Shown: one piece after another, positions 45,454 to 63,646 of the stretch
How the letters are laid out: the number at the start of each line of letters is the position of its first letter
How positions within the stretch are numbered: position 1 is the stretch's first letter
NCBI RefSeq assembly: GCF_009914755.1
Contig: NC_060937.1
DNA: 64,000 bases
Direction: 5' to 3' (one strand)
DNA from: the human T2T-CHM13v2.0 reference genome, Homo sapiens
The notes under the pieces: model-generated
Told to the model about the DNA's origin: nothing
Seen by the model: the letters and a program-made list of their open reading frames with translations, nothing else
Database searches by the model: none
Translations under genes and position numbers: made by a program

Positions 45454-46901
45454 TCAATTGAATTTAGTTTCATTAAAAAATTCTATGATAACATTAAAAC
45501 AGAAACAGGACGTTTATATGACTGTCTTTAACCTCAAAAGTCCAAATAAACATATAGACATTTTGAATATAGCTATCATTTTAACAAACCTCATTATGAT
45601 CACTGTTGCAATTTCAGTCACCTAAAATACGAACCATGACTATTAATAAACATTTACTGTGTGTGGTTTGTTGGACTGAACATTAACCATACGTGTATTT
45701 CTAAGTACTAGGAGTTGAACAGCTACTACGGTCAATGTATTTTGGCAGTTAGCTGTGTGTGGTGTGTGCTTTTTAAGGCTTCACTCAATAAAACATCTGT
45801 TGCTCTCTGCTGATGAGCAAAAAACTTGCTATACGAAGGACAAATATATGTATACAAACAAATGCACACGTGTGCATGTCTATATACATATATGCAATTT
45901 CAGGGAGGTGACACCTTATTCTGAGAGGTCATGAGACTCCACTTCAAACCATAATAGTAAAACCTTTAGTAAACTGAACTCAACATATTACAGCCACCAT
46001 CATCAGGAAAAATTAAAGACTCATAGTTCAAATAAAGTACAAAAGGTCCCAGGAAGTATTGTGGTTTGTTGATTCATTCAACAGAAAGCCCAAATGACAA
46101 TGCTATTAGTGGTCAGGAGTAAACTAACCTGGACAGGCTCATGAAAATGAACCCCTGGATGCATCCTGAGAACGTACTGCATAATTATAGTCAATGCTTG
46201 CAATAATTTTCAGTTTGTCTCATCACGTTAGCAGAGCCTATTCATGCAATTTAGAAAGGATTTCAATACAGCCCAAACCAAAAGGCTTACAGTCAACAGA
46301 GGGTTAGCCTTCCATAAATGAGAAATCCAAAAAAGAATAATGCCACGTATTTCAGGAATGTCGGTTAGAGGTTTGGCCTTCTTGGGAAGTGTCACAATGC
46401 TGAGTCTAAAACTGCAACAGTTACCGTGTCCAAGTCATGCAACTCTAAAGGAGGATGGACGGTCACATTTGTGTCCTTCAGTATCAAAGCACCTTTAAGG
46501 GCTTCCATTTTGAGAAAGTAGTATTTTCTCTTCCTTCTCTTTTAGAACATATGATAAAATATTGCCCTTCTATCCTTTAACCATGTATCCATTTTTTTTT
46601 TTGATGGGGAGTAAGGGGTACACACTCCCTACTACAATGTCACAAACTTTTTCTTTTTGTTGTTCCTATTGGTTGTAACTGTACTATTTTCTAACAAGAA
46701 GCCTTCAGGGGAAATAATGGATCCTAGTTATGTCAAAGAAAACAATGAGACAAAATGGCAACTTCACAGTCTTCAAGTAAATAGAATCCCTGATATAAAT
46801 GGAAATTAACATGTAATTTTGGGGGCAATAAAAACAACAACAAAAACCTGTGACAACTCTGTCCTACTCCTTTAAAAATGAGCTTTGACTCTGTAGTCTC
46901 T

Positions 46902-46909
46902 TAAGGCAC
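46902..46909 (-). promoter_or_regulatory. miR-124/miR-506 8mer seed site in ABCC4 3'UTR
   Basis: Minus strand reads GTGCCTTA, the 8mer match to miR-124-3p. Regulation of ABCC4 by this family has been reported (recalled). Confidence 0.7.
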
Positions 46910-47169
46910 AAAACCTGATAGACGGCATTTAACTGGTGGCCTGCACCTCTGATTTGGATTTTAAAAAACAACTATTGACATTTAAATAAAAATAAACCAT
47001 TTTGTTAGAGCTGGAGATCCTTGGATAAGTTGGGAGAAATATTCAAATGAACTAGCATCTTGTATGTATAAATATTTGTTGCCAAAGTAAAAAAAAGTAC
47101 AATGTGGTTTACATAGTCCAAAAACTAGTGGCAAATGCCTTCGGAACGGACTTGACATTTTGGTTGGAT

Positions 47170-47277
47170 TCACAGTGCTGTCTCGAAAATAGTTAAGGTC
47201 GAGGGCTGTCCATTGGAAGTGTTTGTAACCATGTGGTCAGTGTGACCAATATGTGGATAATTTCTTTTGAAGTATAC
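47170..47277 (-). CDS. ABCC4: ABCC4 terminal coding exon segment, C-terminal PDZ-binding motif ETAL + TGA
   Basis: Polypyrimidine/cag acceptor, then [35 protein letters not shown], in frame with the upstream exon. Confidence 0.97.
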   Translation of the reverse strand, partial: VYFKRNYPHIGHTDHMVTNTSNGQPSTLTIFETAL

Positions 47278-49515
47278 CTGGAAAAAAAAAAGGTAAGCAT
47301 AAAAAGAATGTTTCAAAATTTTAAAGTCTCCTCCCTGAAACAATGCACTTCTGTGTCTACTTCTTCATGTGAAGCAAATCATATCCCTCACTGAGGCACA
47401 ATTTAAGAACAGGGATGAATCTACTGTACAGAGAAATTAGCCCCACTAAAACCCTCAGCAGGGCTGGGCTGAATGCCAAACAACCTGTAGATCCATTTTA
47501 GTTCTGATCACTCTGATTCATAGATATGTTTTATCTCTGTATTAAATTGATAAGCGGAATCATTTTACTGACTCAAAACCTGGAGATAAATTAAAAACAG
47601 GGTGACAAAGAGGCTGGGAAATCTAGCGTCTGCATGAGGGTTTCTCATTTTCACACGTAAAATGAGCACAATAGATTTGGATGTTAATATCAAGTTGTAA
47701 TCCCTATATTTTATAAACTCTGATTGACAAGCATTGAAATGCTGGCATATACGTATGAAACATCCCGGCGTTTAATTTGTGCGGCAAAGCAGTTATAGGG
47801 CCTATAGAAATGTGGTCTGTGGATAGTGGCCCACAATAATGAAAAGAGAAGCAAAAGCTTTAACAATGACTCAACCAAGCAACTTCTCTAAAATGTAAGA
47901 TGATACCAAATAATAGGACAGTTCTTTGCCAAGCCTTTGAGTTCCTGAATTCTACCAATTTCTAGCTGAACTAGAAGAGATACAGGTTTTCTGATAAACG
48001 TATAATCAGAACATAAAGGAAATGAAATGCTGTCAAGTTTCTCTGTTCCACAATCATCAGTTTTTAGTAGCTGTATCGTATCTTGGTTCCTTGACAGATG
48101 CGCATAACAAAATGAAATAATGTCAAGACTTGTGAGCTCTTATCTCAAAACGTGTTTGGGTGAAAAAGGACTTCAAATGTAATTTTTTTTCCCCAAAGAA
48201 GAATGTGAAAAGTTTTGTTTGAATCTTTAAAACAGAAAATGTAGCAACTATCTGAGGCTGACACGTGTCACCTGGGTCTCTTAGTCATACGATTCTGGAT
48301 CTATTTTATAAAACCTTGCTCTGAATATATTGGTGGGTGCTGTCAACAAAGTTATCACTGGAGATAATGGGATTCACGTACAAAAAAGAAAGTGCTGAGA
48401 CACCTGCCTACATATTAAGTGTACTTTCTTTTTCTCTCACTTCTTGCACACTTGTTACTCCAGAAATATCATTACATATAACACACAATGTACTAAAATG
48501 TCACTTAAGGAGAAAATAAATTGTCCAATAATGCTGGAATGCCACCAGAAGAAATCTGAGGCTATTTCCATTATAATGCAAGTGTTCAAAAGTAAGACTT
48601 TTCAGGGGATAATTTCATATCATCTCCCTCTCCCACTTTTTTAAGCTAGCCATATTTTGTGTGGTTATAGATTTATGTACTCCAAAAAGGCTATTCTGTA
48701 GTGAAACTAAAAACAGCCAAAAGAACAAATAGACATTCACATCACTTTCTACTGCTTGATAGCCTTCCCCAAATAGGCTGCTTCCTTCTGTGTAACCCTC
48801 TTGATGTATTTTTTTAAATATATATAAAGAAAGTGTTGTTATTAGCAACTTTAAACCCAAATGGTCTTAGCTTCATGGTCTGAAATACTTAGTCAAAAAC
48901 AAACTTCCTGTGTATATATTCTTTGATTTGACCTTTCTTTTTCTCTTCTGCTACCAGGTTTTATAACACACTATGGGTAACAGCACAGGTGAGATGAAAC
49001 ATCTTTTTTACAGTGCAGGTGATGAAGGGAGTTGAGATTACTGAACTACTTTTAGCAAAGCCCTCATGTTGTAAGCTATGTCTGGGATAGACAGGTCCAG
49101 TCTCAGCTCTCTCCTGGATTCACTGCTGATTCTGGAAAAATTACCTAACCACTCTCTCTACCAGCTGCCTCATCTGTAACATGAGATAACAATAGCTTAC
49201 GTCACAGGAACTGATTAATGGCTACAAACTACAGGTTGAAAACCTGCTGCATTAGTGTTGGGTGTCATGATGAATGCTGCTCAGAGAAGTGGCCCCTAAG
49301 CACACAGAACGTGGAGGTATCACCCAGCTTGAAGGATGAAGACAAAGCATTTAGGAATCCCTCTGGTGCATCTTTTATCTTTACAGAATCCCAAAGCTGT
49401 GGCTGAGACAATTTCAACTGAATGAATATGGTAACCTGGGAGGCAGAAAGGTAGAACTGAAAGATCATAGAAGATGGAGTATGAACACTTTTGAACTGGT
49501 GGCTTTGAAAACTTA

Positions 49516-49827
<312 letters not shown>

Positions 49828-50759
49828 TTACTCAGATTCTTGTACTTTAGCATTTTCATGTGTCAAAAGGGGATAATAACAGCAGGTCAGAAGGACTGTG
49901 AAGCTTAAGGGAGACAATGCCATAAGCGTTCACGTTTGCGGCAAGAAGAGTATCAGGTCAGTGAGTATGGGAAACCTTGTCCCTCTTTTCCTTCTTCTCT
50001 TGAGTTTGCTCCATTATAGTTCCTCTAATGTAGGATGAAACTAAGTTCATATTTAAACTCTAACTCATCAGTAAAGCCACCGTAACAGAGCTAGATTTTA
50101 CTAAAATCAACAGAGCAATACAAGCTCCCGCACGTGGACAAAGGAGAGCAACTGGGCTTTGATTGACATTGCATTCCTAAGATACCATCTGATGTGTTGA
50201 ATTCAGGCTCAAGACCCTGTCAGTTCATTTTTACTGATGTGTATGGCCCTAATTCAATCACAGTAACTCTCAAGGCCTCAAGTTCATCATTTTTAAAGCC
50301 AGTCTAATTTTGGTGTACATAATTGGCATGCATATTGTCAAAGAGTAATGGAGACTTAGAAAGGACTTCTGCTTTTAATATAATGGAGTAATGAATTTCC
50401 TCTCCTTTTCCTTTCAGAAACCACTCTGAACATCAAAGATATTCATTAATAAAAAATAAGCTAAATCTTTGTGAAATCAGGAGAGCCTGAATGGTAAAAT
50501 ATCATGAAGGGCTGCCATATGCAACTGGAACCAATGGGGCTGTGGCAAGGCTGAGAAGATGTCTATGAAGAGCAAGCCTCAACAATCATAGGAATTCTCC
50601 AGTTAATTGGAGGAGCGCTAAGGTATGTCAATAAAGAATCAATTAGAAACATCTTTGACTGACCTATGTACATTGGTGAGGTCCTGACAGAAGACAGATT
50701 GCAATTGCCCAATTCTGTAAGCTAAGGAGGAAGAAAGGCAAAACATGCACTCTCAATTT

Positions 50760-52050
50760 CACATACACACACACACCCACACACACCCACACCACACACC
50801 CCCACACCCCCCACACACCCCCATACACACACACCCACACACACACACCCACACACCCCCACACCCCCACACACACCCCCACACACACCCACATACGCCC
50901 ACCCCACACACACACCCACACCCACACACCCATACACACACCCACACCCCACACACACCCTCCCACCCCCACACACACATACCCCCACCACACACCCATA
51001 CACACCCACATCCCCTGACACCCACACACCCACACACCCATACACACACACACCAGACCCCCACACCCCCACACCCATTCACACACACCCACCCACCCAC
51101 ACCCACACCCACCACACACACCCACACCCCCACACACACCCTCCCACCCCCACACACACACATACCCCCACCACACACCCACACACCCCCTCACACACAC
51201 ACCCACACCCACCACACACCCCCACCACACCCACATACACCCACACCCCCACCACACACCCATACACACACCCCCACATACTAATACACACACACCCCCA
51301 CACCCTCCCACCCCCCCACACCCCCACCACACACCAATACACACCCACACACCCCCTCACACACACACCCACACACCCATACACACACCCACCACACACC
51401 CATACATACACACCCCCACACCCCCTCACACCCTTCCCCCACTCACCCATACACAACCCCCCACCACACCCCCACACCCATACACACACACCCCCACCAC
51501 ACCCATACACACACCCCTGCACCCCCTCACACACCCTCCCCCCACACACCCATACACACACCCCCACCACACCCCCACACCCATACACACACACACCCCC
51601 ACCACACCCATACACACACCCCTGCACCCCCTCACACACCCTCCCCCCTCACCCATACACAACCCCCACCACACCCCCACACCCATACACACACACACCC
51701 CCACCACACCCATACACACACCCCTGCACCCCCTCACACACCCTCCCCCCCACACACCCATACACACACCCCCACACCCCCACCACACCCATACACACAC
51801 ACCCGTACCCCCTCACACCCTCCCCCCACACACCTATCCCCACCACACACCCATACACACACACCCACACACACACCACACCCATACACACACATACCCC
51901 CACACCCCCACACACACCCTCCCTCACACACACCCCCACCACACACCCATACACACCCCAACCCCCCCCACACACCCACACACCCACACACCCATACACC
52001 CATACACATACACACTCACATCCCTCCCTGCATCCCCCCCACCACACACG
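50760..52050. repeat. Complex (CA/CCCA/CATA)n minisatellite, ~1.3 kb; GU-rich on the ABCC4 sense strand
   Basis: Almost only C and A on the plus strand. Higher-order units are marked by cccctgcaccccctcacacaccctccccc near 51514, 51619 and 51721. Confidence 0.95.
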
Positions 52051-52199
52051 CAGCCTCTCTGGGTCATAAAGTACTTCTACATTAAGCACAGAAAATTCCC
52101 TTTAGCCAGAAACAAGGCCCTAGCCACAACTATCCTGTAACTATCTGGTCTAGGAAGAGTTCGTTTTAGTCATAGGTGAGGAGTAGGAATAATAAAAAT

Positions 52200-55806
<3,607 letters not shown>

Positions 55807-56482
55807 AAAATGAGGTAACTATATGTATTGATATAATATGGAATATAATATTAAGTGAAAAACCGTAAAGAATAGCTATTATTTGTGCTCAAAAACCAGA
55901 AAAGCTATATATGCACAGATGCTTGTTTATGCACAGAATACATCAACAAAATGGAGAAGAAGGTGCCAGGGCTGAAACCTGGCAGAGGAACTGCGTGATG
56001 AAGGGCAGGTGTGGCAGAGTGACTTACTTTTTACTTATTAAAGTTTTTTGCAAAACTATCAATGCTTTGAATTTTGTAACATGAGCATATATCATTTGGT
56101 AAGCTGATTCTTAAAAATAATTTGTAATTATTTAGTCTATAAAGCTACAAAACTTTGGATACTTCTTTTGCTATTATTGGGAGCTAAGAGTTCAGTCTAC
56201 AGTCTTAAAAAAGTACTGAGCTTTTATAACCAATAGCTAGAATTCGCTTATATTTGTAAAACACCTTATATTCTTTGACTCACTTAAACATACACTATCT
56301 CATTTAATACATGTTAACAGTGAAGAAACCGGAGCAGTACTGCAATCCTGGCATGACAGGTGAGGCCTCTGAGGCTCACAGGCCTTGGGTGACTTCTGTA
56401 AGGCCATTGGCTGCTAAGTGTCTCCTCCACCTATTCAAACAGGCCCCAGGCTCCTAGGATCCAGGATGTCAGGACTTCTTGT

Positions 56483-56828
56483 CTATCTATCCATCCATCC
56501 ATCCATCCATCCATCCATCCATCCATCCATCCATCCATATTTTTTTGAGACGGAGTCTTGCTCTGCCGCCCAGGCTAGAGTGCAGTCGTGTGACGTAGGC
56601 TCACTGCAACCTCCATCTCCTGGGTTCAAGTGATTCTCCAGCCTCAGCCTCCCGAGTAGCTGAGATTACAAGCATGCGCCACCATGCCTGGCTAATTTTT
56701 TTATTTTTAGTAGAGACAGGGTTTCACCATGTTGGCCAGGCTGGTCTCGAACTCCTGACTTCAAGTGATATACCCGCCTCAACTTCCTAAAGTGCTGGGA
56801 TTACAGGTGTGAACCACCACACCTGGCC
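56483..56828 (-). mobile_element. AluS with adjacent (TCCA)n tetranucleotide repeat
   Basis: (TCCA)n at ~56489-56536, then an antisense Alu 56540-56828. Confidence 0.9.
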
Positions 56829-56954
56829 AGGATTTCATAACTTTTGAGTTGTATCTGGCAATTTCATGAGTGCATAAAATGGCACCTCTGTTACTCACTG
56901 GGAACCTCAAATTAGGTCGGCTTCATCAGGGAAGACAATGATTGAATTTACCCT

Positions 56955-57343
56955 GTGTTATGGGCTGATTTGCATCCCCCTAAATTCCTATGTTGAAGTC
57001 TTAACCCCCAAGTACATCAGAATGTGACTGTATTTGGAGAAAGTCTTTAAAGGTGTAATTAAGTTAAAATGAGGCCTTTAGGGTGGGCCCTGATCCAATA
57101 TGACTGGTGTCCTTAGAGAAAGAGGTGATCAGGACACAGACATACACAGAGAAAAGACCCCGTGAACAGACCCCGTGAACATATAGCCATCTGCAAGCCA
57201 AGGAGAGAGGCCTCAGAGGAAAGCAGCTCTGCTGACACCCTGATCTCAGACTCCAGCACGGAAGTGTGAGAACATAATCTGCTGTGGGTTAAGCCAGCTA
57301 GTCTGTGCTACTTTGCTATGGCAGCCTGAGCAAACCAGTGCAC
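56955..57343 (+). mobile_element. MLT1B/C LTR
   Basis: tgttatgggctga...gtgactgtatttggag...gccatctgcaagccaaggagagaggcctcag. Confidence 0.85.
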
Positions 57344-59130
57344 CCTTCAGCTTTATGTACCTGAAATGTAATTATGTAATTTAAATTTACTTTAAAATAT
57401 TAAAATACTGAGTCATCTGCAAAGGTCAGTCAAAAGAGAGACTCAGCTTTGCCTGCACCAGCATTTTCAGGAAAGCAACTCCGTGGTCAAGAATACGTGA
57501 CTTGGAAGTACCTTTTCCCAGATGTTGAGTTTTCCTTCCAACAAATGAATTCTAATCTGTGAGAGCGAAAAGCTTGTTGATTTAGACTAATCCTCATGGT
57601 GTTACAGTTGTGAATGATGCATTGATATTTGATGCTTGCACATTTAAAAGGTTGACAATCTGACAGCTTGTTCTCCTAAGAGGACCAAGTGTATGCAGAA
57701 ATGTCAAGAAAATATTCAACTTGGATGAGAATCAAGCTGTGTATTTCCTTATGTCTTTCTGTAGAGGAGGTGACCTGAGCCAGTGGTTAGGCAGGACTAA
57801 AATCCAGGAAGGAAATTCTGCCACTGTGTGAATTTGGGCGACTAGCTGCATCTTGGATACCAAATGAGACAAGGAGCAGCGTTTTCAGGCTTGACACAGA
57901 ACGCTACTTAGGGGAAGACATCGGCCTCCCCCAGCAATCTACCTTCTGTTCTCCACGGACCAGCTCTGTGTCCACATGAAGACACATGACCCAACATCCT
58001 CATCAATACAGTAAGACTTACAGACTGCTGTGAGGATTAAGTAGAATCATACATGTAAGAACTATGTAAACAATGTAAAATAAATTATAAAGAACTATAC
58101 GAACGTAAGTTACGATTAATATTGTTGAATTAGATGGAAGATTACTGGACCAGTAATTGAGATTTCAATTCTATGACCAATGTCCCTTTCTATATGTATG
58201 TTATACTTGCATTAAACATTGATTTAAAAAAAGATTCCTAATTCTGTCTCTGCTATAAATTAGTCAGGGCCCACTTACTTCTTGGGGCCTTAGTTTCCTC
58301 ATCTGTAAAACAAAGGTGAACTATATTATCTTATGTTAGTTGGAACATGCTAAAATTCTATGACCTATTTCTTATTACTCCATGCCTTGATAATATATAA
58401 CATATTTTTTAAATAGGTATTTTGATATATAGATAGGGACACATCTCTTTGATGTGAAATGCCTGAGGTACCAAAGAACAAAAAGGGTTTTTGAGGTTCC
58501 TGGCTCTTTTGTGACTAGATTATACAGGGAATCCCAAATGATTGATCGGGTTTTATGAGGGAAGCTTTGGCTGGGAGACACGCTAGAAGATAAAAGTATT
58601 CTGTAAATTTCAAGTATAAAAGAAATACAGTGCTTCAAGTACAGCTTCCCTCTTTATTCATACACAATGTGATTCTTATGAAAATTCAGAACACAGATTT
58701 TTGTCGATCCTAAAGCCAGGCTTGAATCCGGACTCTGCCTATAATTCTGCTAGCTATGAGATCATGGGCAATTTCCTTCCCTCTCTATGCCTCAGCCTCT
58801 TAAACAGGCATAATGAGAAGTGCACAGTGCACATCTGACACATATCATCATCATCATCATTGCCATCAGGGCTCACCACATCAATCAAATCTCTGCTCTG
58901 CTCTATTCTTTGGCTTATATTGTCAATGACTAGGGGCATGTTTAATGTATTTGTTAGTGCCCAGCGTAATACTGTGCACACAAAGGCATTTATAGAATCG
59001 TTTTGAGGATAAATGCAGGATTCAAAGAAATATCCTACAGACAGTGGCAAGGATAGTTCCTCACTTCTGTGGAGAATGAGATGAAATAGGAGCTGAAGGC
59101 AACCTAGGTTTTATTTGGATAAATCTTTAA

Positions 59131-59721
<591 letters not shown>

Positions 59722-60170
59722 TAAAATATTACACACAAACAAGCAATTTTATTCTACCTACAGTGATGAAAACCTGAAAAATACAGAAAACAATGAAGGA
59801 AAATTATACCCATATTATACTGCCTATGGATGAACAGTTTTGATGGGAGCCTCACCATGTACTGCTAGAAGTCTCCTTCCACCCTAAGCCAAGAACATTG
59901 GATGTTCCTTCCCTCCCTCCATCAATACAACTCTCACCTCACAGAATTTTAAGGAAGAATTACAGGTGACCATGTGACATCTGGCTAAGTCCCTTAAATC
60001 AAACTGCAGTTATCACATCTGTAGAATGAGATACTTCCACATCACCATTGTTGGAAAGAGATCACGTAGCCTGCGTGTCTTTAATGCCTTATAAACATAC
60101 TTCAAGGATTATTCAGGCTATAGCTATAACATATTATAAATTCTTGATTTGTCCTGATGGCAATTACATC

Positions 60171-60467
60171 TTTTTTTTTTTTTTTTGAGACGGAGTTTCG
60201 CTCTTACTGCCCAGGCTGGAGTGCAGTGGCGTGATCTTGGCCCACCGCAACCTCCGCCTCCTCGGTTCAAGTGATTCTTCTGCCTAGCCTCCTGAGTAGC
60301 TGGGGTTACAGGCATGTGCTACCACTCCCAGCTAATTTTTGTATTTTTAGTAGAGACGGGGTTTCTCCGTGTTGGTCAGGCTGGTCTCAGACTCCCAACC
60401 TCAGGTGATCTGCCTGCTTGGCCTCCCAAAGTGCTGGGATTACAGGCATGAACCACCACGCCCAGCC
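60171..60467 (-). mobile_element. AluSp/Sq
   Basis: Full antisense Alu. Confidence 0.92.
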
Positions 60468-61111
60468 TGACAACTGCCTCTTATAGAAGGTGGAGGAAGC
60501 ATATGGGCTATATGGGCCTAATTCTAAACAACAAAGAATGAGGGGAAAACCCAGGTCAACAGTGAGAGTATTATGTAACAGTTTTCTTTACAAATAATAA
60601 AACAGAAACCAAAAGCAATCTAGGTAGATCTAGGTAGAACATTTTCTAGGTAGATCATTCTAGAACAATAAACAATATCCCACACTTTTTGCCCAAACTC
60701 TTAAATCTCCTGTATGTACCTCAACAGCATTTGCCTATCAATAAGAATGAAATGCAATGGGTTTGCAGAATATGAGTACTATGTGCTCTATGCCTTTTTC
60801 TATGAGAATCTGAACCCACAGAGTCTAAATGTGTAAAAAGTCTGGTCTAACACCTCTCCGCTTCTTGGGCACACGGCATGCACACATGTGTGCACACACT
60901 CGACCCCCCAACCCCTACCCGCTTCTGCCAACTCTTTGCAGACCTTACTTCAACCCGGGACGTGCCGTTAAGACCCACTCATGAAGCTTTGTCTCTGCAG
61001 GCTTATAATTGAAAAGGGTACACAGTGCTTGTTACCATACCCATGGTGCCAAATTGTGCGGAGGGAGCCGCTGAGACAAACTTTAATTACAACTCCTTGG
61101 AGCACGCTCAC

Positions 61112-61246
61112 CTGTTTTGCTGTTTCAGTGAGGGCAGCGGCTTCTGCCTTGCCCAGTTGTTGCACCATCTTGTAAAATAGGCTCTCTTTATTTTGCAGCA
61201 AAACATACGGCTCATCATATTCTTTCAGTCTTCCTGAATCTAAAAC
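61112..61246 (-). CDS. ABCC4: ABCC4/MRP4 penultimate coding exon (135 nt, phase 0/0), end of NBD2
   Basis: Minus strand reads acag|GTT TTA GAT TCA GGA...GCA AAA CAG|gtgagc and translates to [45 protein letters not shown], which I recognise as human MRP4. Canonical AG/GT splice sites. Confidence 0.97.
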
Positions 61247-63308
61247 CTGTTAATCAGCAGAAAGAAACCCATTGAAACACAATGTTTTGCAGTAACATAT
61301 TATAACAGAGACAATATTTCGGAAAGGGGCAGGAGAGGGAGAGAATCTGTTTGGGTGGTAGGCCTGGATAGTATTTAAATGGTTTGATTACCCTGTTTTA
61401 CGAAGCAAACAAAGGCCTAACCTGACCTTTTATTACTATAATGTTATAGGAAAGGAAGAAAATGAAAGTTCTAGACTATTATTCTGGGCACTCAGCAGTC
61501 CTGTGGCATTTTATATTCTGCCAAAGGCATTTTGGGTTCTTATCATTACTTAGTGCTTTTAACTCTCAGACTCTCAGCCTTGAGGGGTATTTATACATAT
61601 GATCAGAGTTGGGAAACTTCTTGATTTAAGAAAGTCAAATTAAATTTATCTAAAAGGTAGGGTAATGTCATAAAAATCAGATGGGAGAGACCTGACAGTA
61701 AATTAATTGCCGAGCCAGTTTCATAGACTCTAAGCAATGGAAAAGAAGTAAATGCTTCTGGAATTTCTTTAAGGTTCTAGAACATGTCAGCTGCCAAGAG
61801 GGGCTAAACTCTGGATGGTGAGGTTAAGGTGCATTCTGAAATCGGCTCTGGGTGTACTTTATTATTCCGAGAGAGAAAGGCTAGCCGAAAAAGCTGTTAC
61901 CTAAGCAGCTTTAGCATAATTGCTCTCTGCACAGAAGAAATCTCTAGAAATCCAATTTTCTCTTTGGATAAGACTAAAGAACCAATTAAGAAATTGAGCT
62001 CCAAATTCCTGTGATCACAGCCCACATGGCACACGGGGCAGCCCAGTCTGCATTGCTGAGGGCTGAATATCTGTTTTCCCAATCACCTTTCTTTGCTTCT
62101 TTCTCTTTCTTGAGCTGCTTGCCTTTTAGCTGCTTTATTGCTCATTAATATGTCCACTGGAAATTGAAAGAGGGAGGAAGGGGCTCTTAACTCTGCATTT
62201 CTACTTATTAGTGGCTTTGGTTAATGGTTTCAGAGGGAAGAAAGAGTCTGAACAATTGGCCCAAATGACGTACCTAGGAAAACAGTTCTGAGGTTAAGTG
62301 GCACTTAGTTCTTCAGTTAGGCCATATTTAGAGTAAATTTATCTTAAGAGAATATGCTGAACCTCCAAGCAGGACACAGGTTGTTTTTCTACATGTAGAC
62401 ATTGCAGTTAATTCCGTCCCATGGTATTTAATCGGACACATTTATTAAGCCTCATAAAGGGCATTTTCCTGTTAATCTTTTGTTTACTACTGTGAATCAC
62501 TGCTAAGGGCAGCTTTCTCAAAAGAGTTCAAGAATAATTGAATCTGTCACATCCACATAACAATTAAAATGTCCTATAATTTGGCATGCCAATTTAGATA
62601 CCCCAAATGTGTAATTTTACTTAAGCATAGCATTACAGAACATAACCACTCCTCCTGACGAGGAAGGAAAAAATCTGCAATTTAAAAATACAGGTCTCTC
62701 TAATGCTAAAGACTAAGTAAATAAGTGAACCAAATTACTTGCTAAAATGATGAAGTTTTAGTCTGCAAAAGCAACAAGTAAACTTTTAAAAATTATTCCC
62801 ACAGAGTTGAGAGTGAGTGAGTTCTCTGTAAAGACTTTACATAATGTTTAATGGAAAGGAAGTCCTACTACTATTTGGTCCTTGTCCAAATTCCTACTAA
62901 ATTTATTCACATTTGAGTGACTAGTAAATCTTTCCAGATTCCCTCTCATTGTCTGAAAACACATGAATGCCACTGAGACCAGGAGTTCTCAAAATTGACC
63001 AGAATCTAAAAAGGCAGAGCCAGAAAAAAAAAAATAATGTTCTCAAAAAGCATTATTATTATTAGATTAATAATAAAAATGACAGAAAGATCATTTGGTC
63101 AAAATACTTTAAGCCTTATAAATATCAACAACTTAGCAACTGCATTTTATTTGTTAGGAGAGTTTTTGAGTTTAGGGGTGATAGAACCATGACCTTAATA
63201 ATTTACTAGAACTTAAAATTTTAACTTCTATAAGGTTTCACACTTAAAAAATATAAAATAAAACCGACCTCTTTAATATTTTTTTGATATGCATTAAAAC
63301 AAAATATA

Positions 63309-63646
<338 letters not shown>

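Larger units (their letters stand above)
45424..47169 (-). other. ABCC4: ABCC4 3'UTR (~1.75 kb)
   Basis: AT-rich sequence without recognisable interspersed repeats between the stop codon and the AATAAA signal. The 3' end is estimated ~20-25 nt past the signal. Confidence 0.85.

Noticed and set aside
50664-52089. Long His/Thr/Pro and Val/Cys/Gly ORFs
   Set aside because: Stop-poor translations of the CA/GT repeat.
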